A stretch of 64,000 nucleotides of DNA from Pristiophorus japonicus. Lineage: Eukaryota. The translations under genes were made by a program, and so were the position numbers. Positions 62,374-64,000 of this stretch are shown one piece after another. Position 1 is the first letter of the stretch. Every line of letters begins with the position of its first letter. The notes under the pieces are model-generated. The model searched no databases and was not told the DNA's origin. It was given only the letters and a program-made list of their open reading frames with translations. Where the stretch lies: contig NC_091984.1 of the NCBI RefSeq assembly GCF_044704955.1, positions 146,692,001-146,756,000 on the forward strand, written 5' to 3'.

Positions 62374-64000
62374 CATAGAAACATAGAAACATAAAAAATA
62401 GGTGCAGGAGTAGGCCATTCGGCCCTTCTAGCCTGCACAGCCATTCAATGAGTTCATGGCTGAACATGCAACTTCAGTACCCCATTCCTGCTTTCTTACC
62501 ATACCCCTTGATTCCCCTCGTAGTAAGGACTTCATCTAACTCCTTTTTGAATATATTTAGTGAATTGGCCTCAACAACTTTCTGTGGTAGAGAATTCCAC
62601 AGGTTCACCACTCTCTGGGTGAAGAAATTCCTCCTCATCTCGGTCCTAAATGGCTTACCCCTTATCCTTAGACTGTGACCCTGGTTCTGGACTTCCCCAA
62701 CATTGGGAACATTCTTCCTGCATCTAACCTGTCTAACCCCGTCAGAATTTTAAATGTTTCTATGAGGTCCTCTCTCATTCTTCTGAACTCCAGTGAATAC
62801 AAGCCCAGTTGATCCAATCTTTCTTGATAGGTCAGTCCCGCCATCCCGGGAATCAGTCTGGTGAACCTTCGCTGCACTCCCTCAATAGCAAGAATGTCCT
62901 TCCTCAGGTTAGGTGACCAAAACTGTACACAATACTCCAGGTGTGGCCTCACCAAGGCCCTGTACAACTGTAGCAACACCTCCCTGCCCCTGTACTCAAA
63001 TCCCCTTGCTATGAAGGCCAACATGCCATTTGCTTTCTTAACCGCCTGCTGTACCTGCATGCCAACCTTCAATGACTGATGTACCATGACACCCAGGTCT
63101 CGTTGCACCTCCCCTTTTCCTAATCTGGCACCATTCAGATAATAGTCTGTCTCTCTGTTTTTACCACCAAAGTGGATAACCTTACATTTAACCACATTAT
63201 ACTTCATCTGCCATGCATTTGCCCACTCACCTAACCTATCCAAGTCACTCTGCAGCCTCATAGCATCCTCCTCGCAGCTCACACTGCCACCCAACTTAGT
63301 GTCATCCGCAAATTTGGAGATACTACATTTAATCCCCTCGTCTAAATCATTAATATACAGTGTAAACAGCTGGGGCCCCAGCACAGAACCTTGCGGTACC
63401 CCACTAGTCACTGCCTGCCATTCTGAAAAGTCCCCATTTACTCCTACTCTTTGCTTCCTGTCTGACAACCAGTTCTCAATCCATGTCAGCACAATACCCC
63501 CAATCCCATGTGCTTTAACTTTGCACATTAATCTCTTGTGTGGGACCTTGTCGAAAGCCTTCTGAAAGTCCAAATATACCACATCAACTGGTTCTCCCTT
63601 GTCCACTCTACTGGAAACATCCTCAAAAAATTCCAGAAGATTTGTCAAGCATGATTTCCCTTTCACAAATCCATGCTGACTTGGACCTATCATATCACCT
63701 CTTTCCAAATGCACTGCTATGACATCCTTAATAATTGATTCCTTCATTTTACCCACTACCGATGTCAGGCTGACCGGTCTATAATTCCCTGTTATCTCTC
63801 TCCCTCCTTTTTTAAAAAGTGGGGTTACATTGGCAACCCTCCACTCCATAGGAACTGATCCAGAGTCAATGGAATGTTGGAAAATGACTGTCAATGCATC
63901 CACTATTTCCAAGGCCACCTCCTTAAGTACTCTGGGATGCAGTCCATCAGGCCCTGGGGATTTATCGGCCTTCAATCCCATCAATTTCCCCAACACAATT
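62374..64000 (-). mobile_element. Young CR1 LINE, long open RT frame (442 aa), continues past window end
   Basis: ORF 62668-63996 with full RT motifs. (TTTCTATG)n tail at 62374-62400. Confidence 0.96.

Overview
Vertebrate genomic DNA, almost certainly a shark: it has a kappa-type (nurse shark NS4-like) Ig light-chain C exon, Deu-domain SINEs and abundant CR1/L2 LINEs. The only host coding sequences I can support are two near-identical Ig kappa-type constant exons (21864-22192, 35753-36081). I found no V or J segment. The two exons sit in a rearranged segmental duplication: three copies of the C-downstream flank, one inverted with a breakpoint at about 21527. The rest is nested mobile DNA: a Harbinger transposon in two copies, two Mag-like Gypsy LTR elements plus a solo LTR, a doubly truncated epsilon-like ERV, and many CR1/L2/SINE pieces. 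There are also three distinct insertions of one long-LTR retrovirus family, which resembles lokiretroviruses/spuma-related viruses. The most complete member (49296-59717, minus strand) has a coiled-coil Gag, a TGA-CTAG gag-pol readthrough junction, dual RNase H and an F-protein-like Env. After correcting one frameshift and three in-frame stops, that Env carries an apparent immunoglobulin-superfamily domain at its N-terminus, which is the most notable observation. There is an assembly gap at 42107-42387. All family assignments come from recognising motifs by eye, not from database searches.
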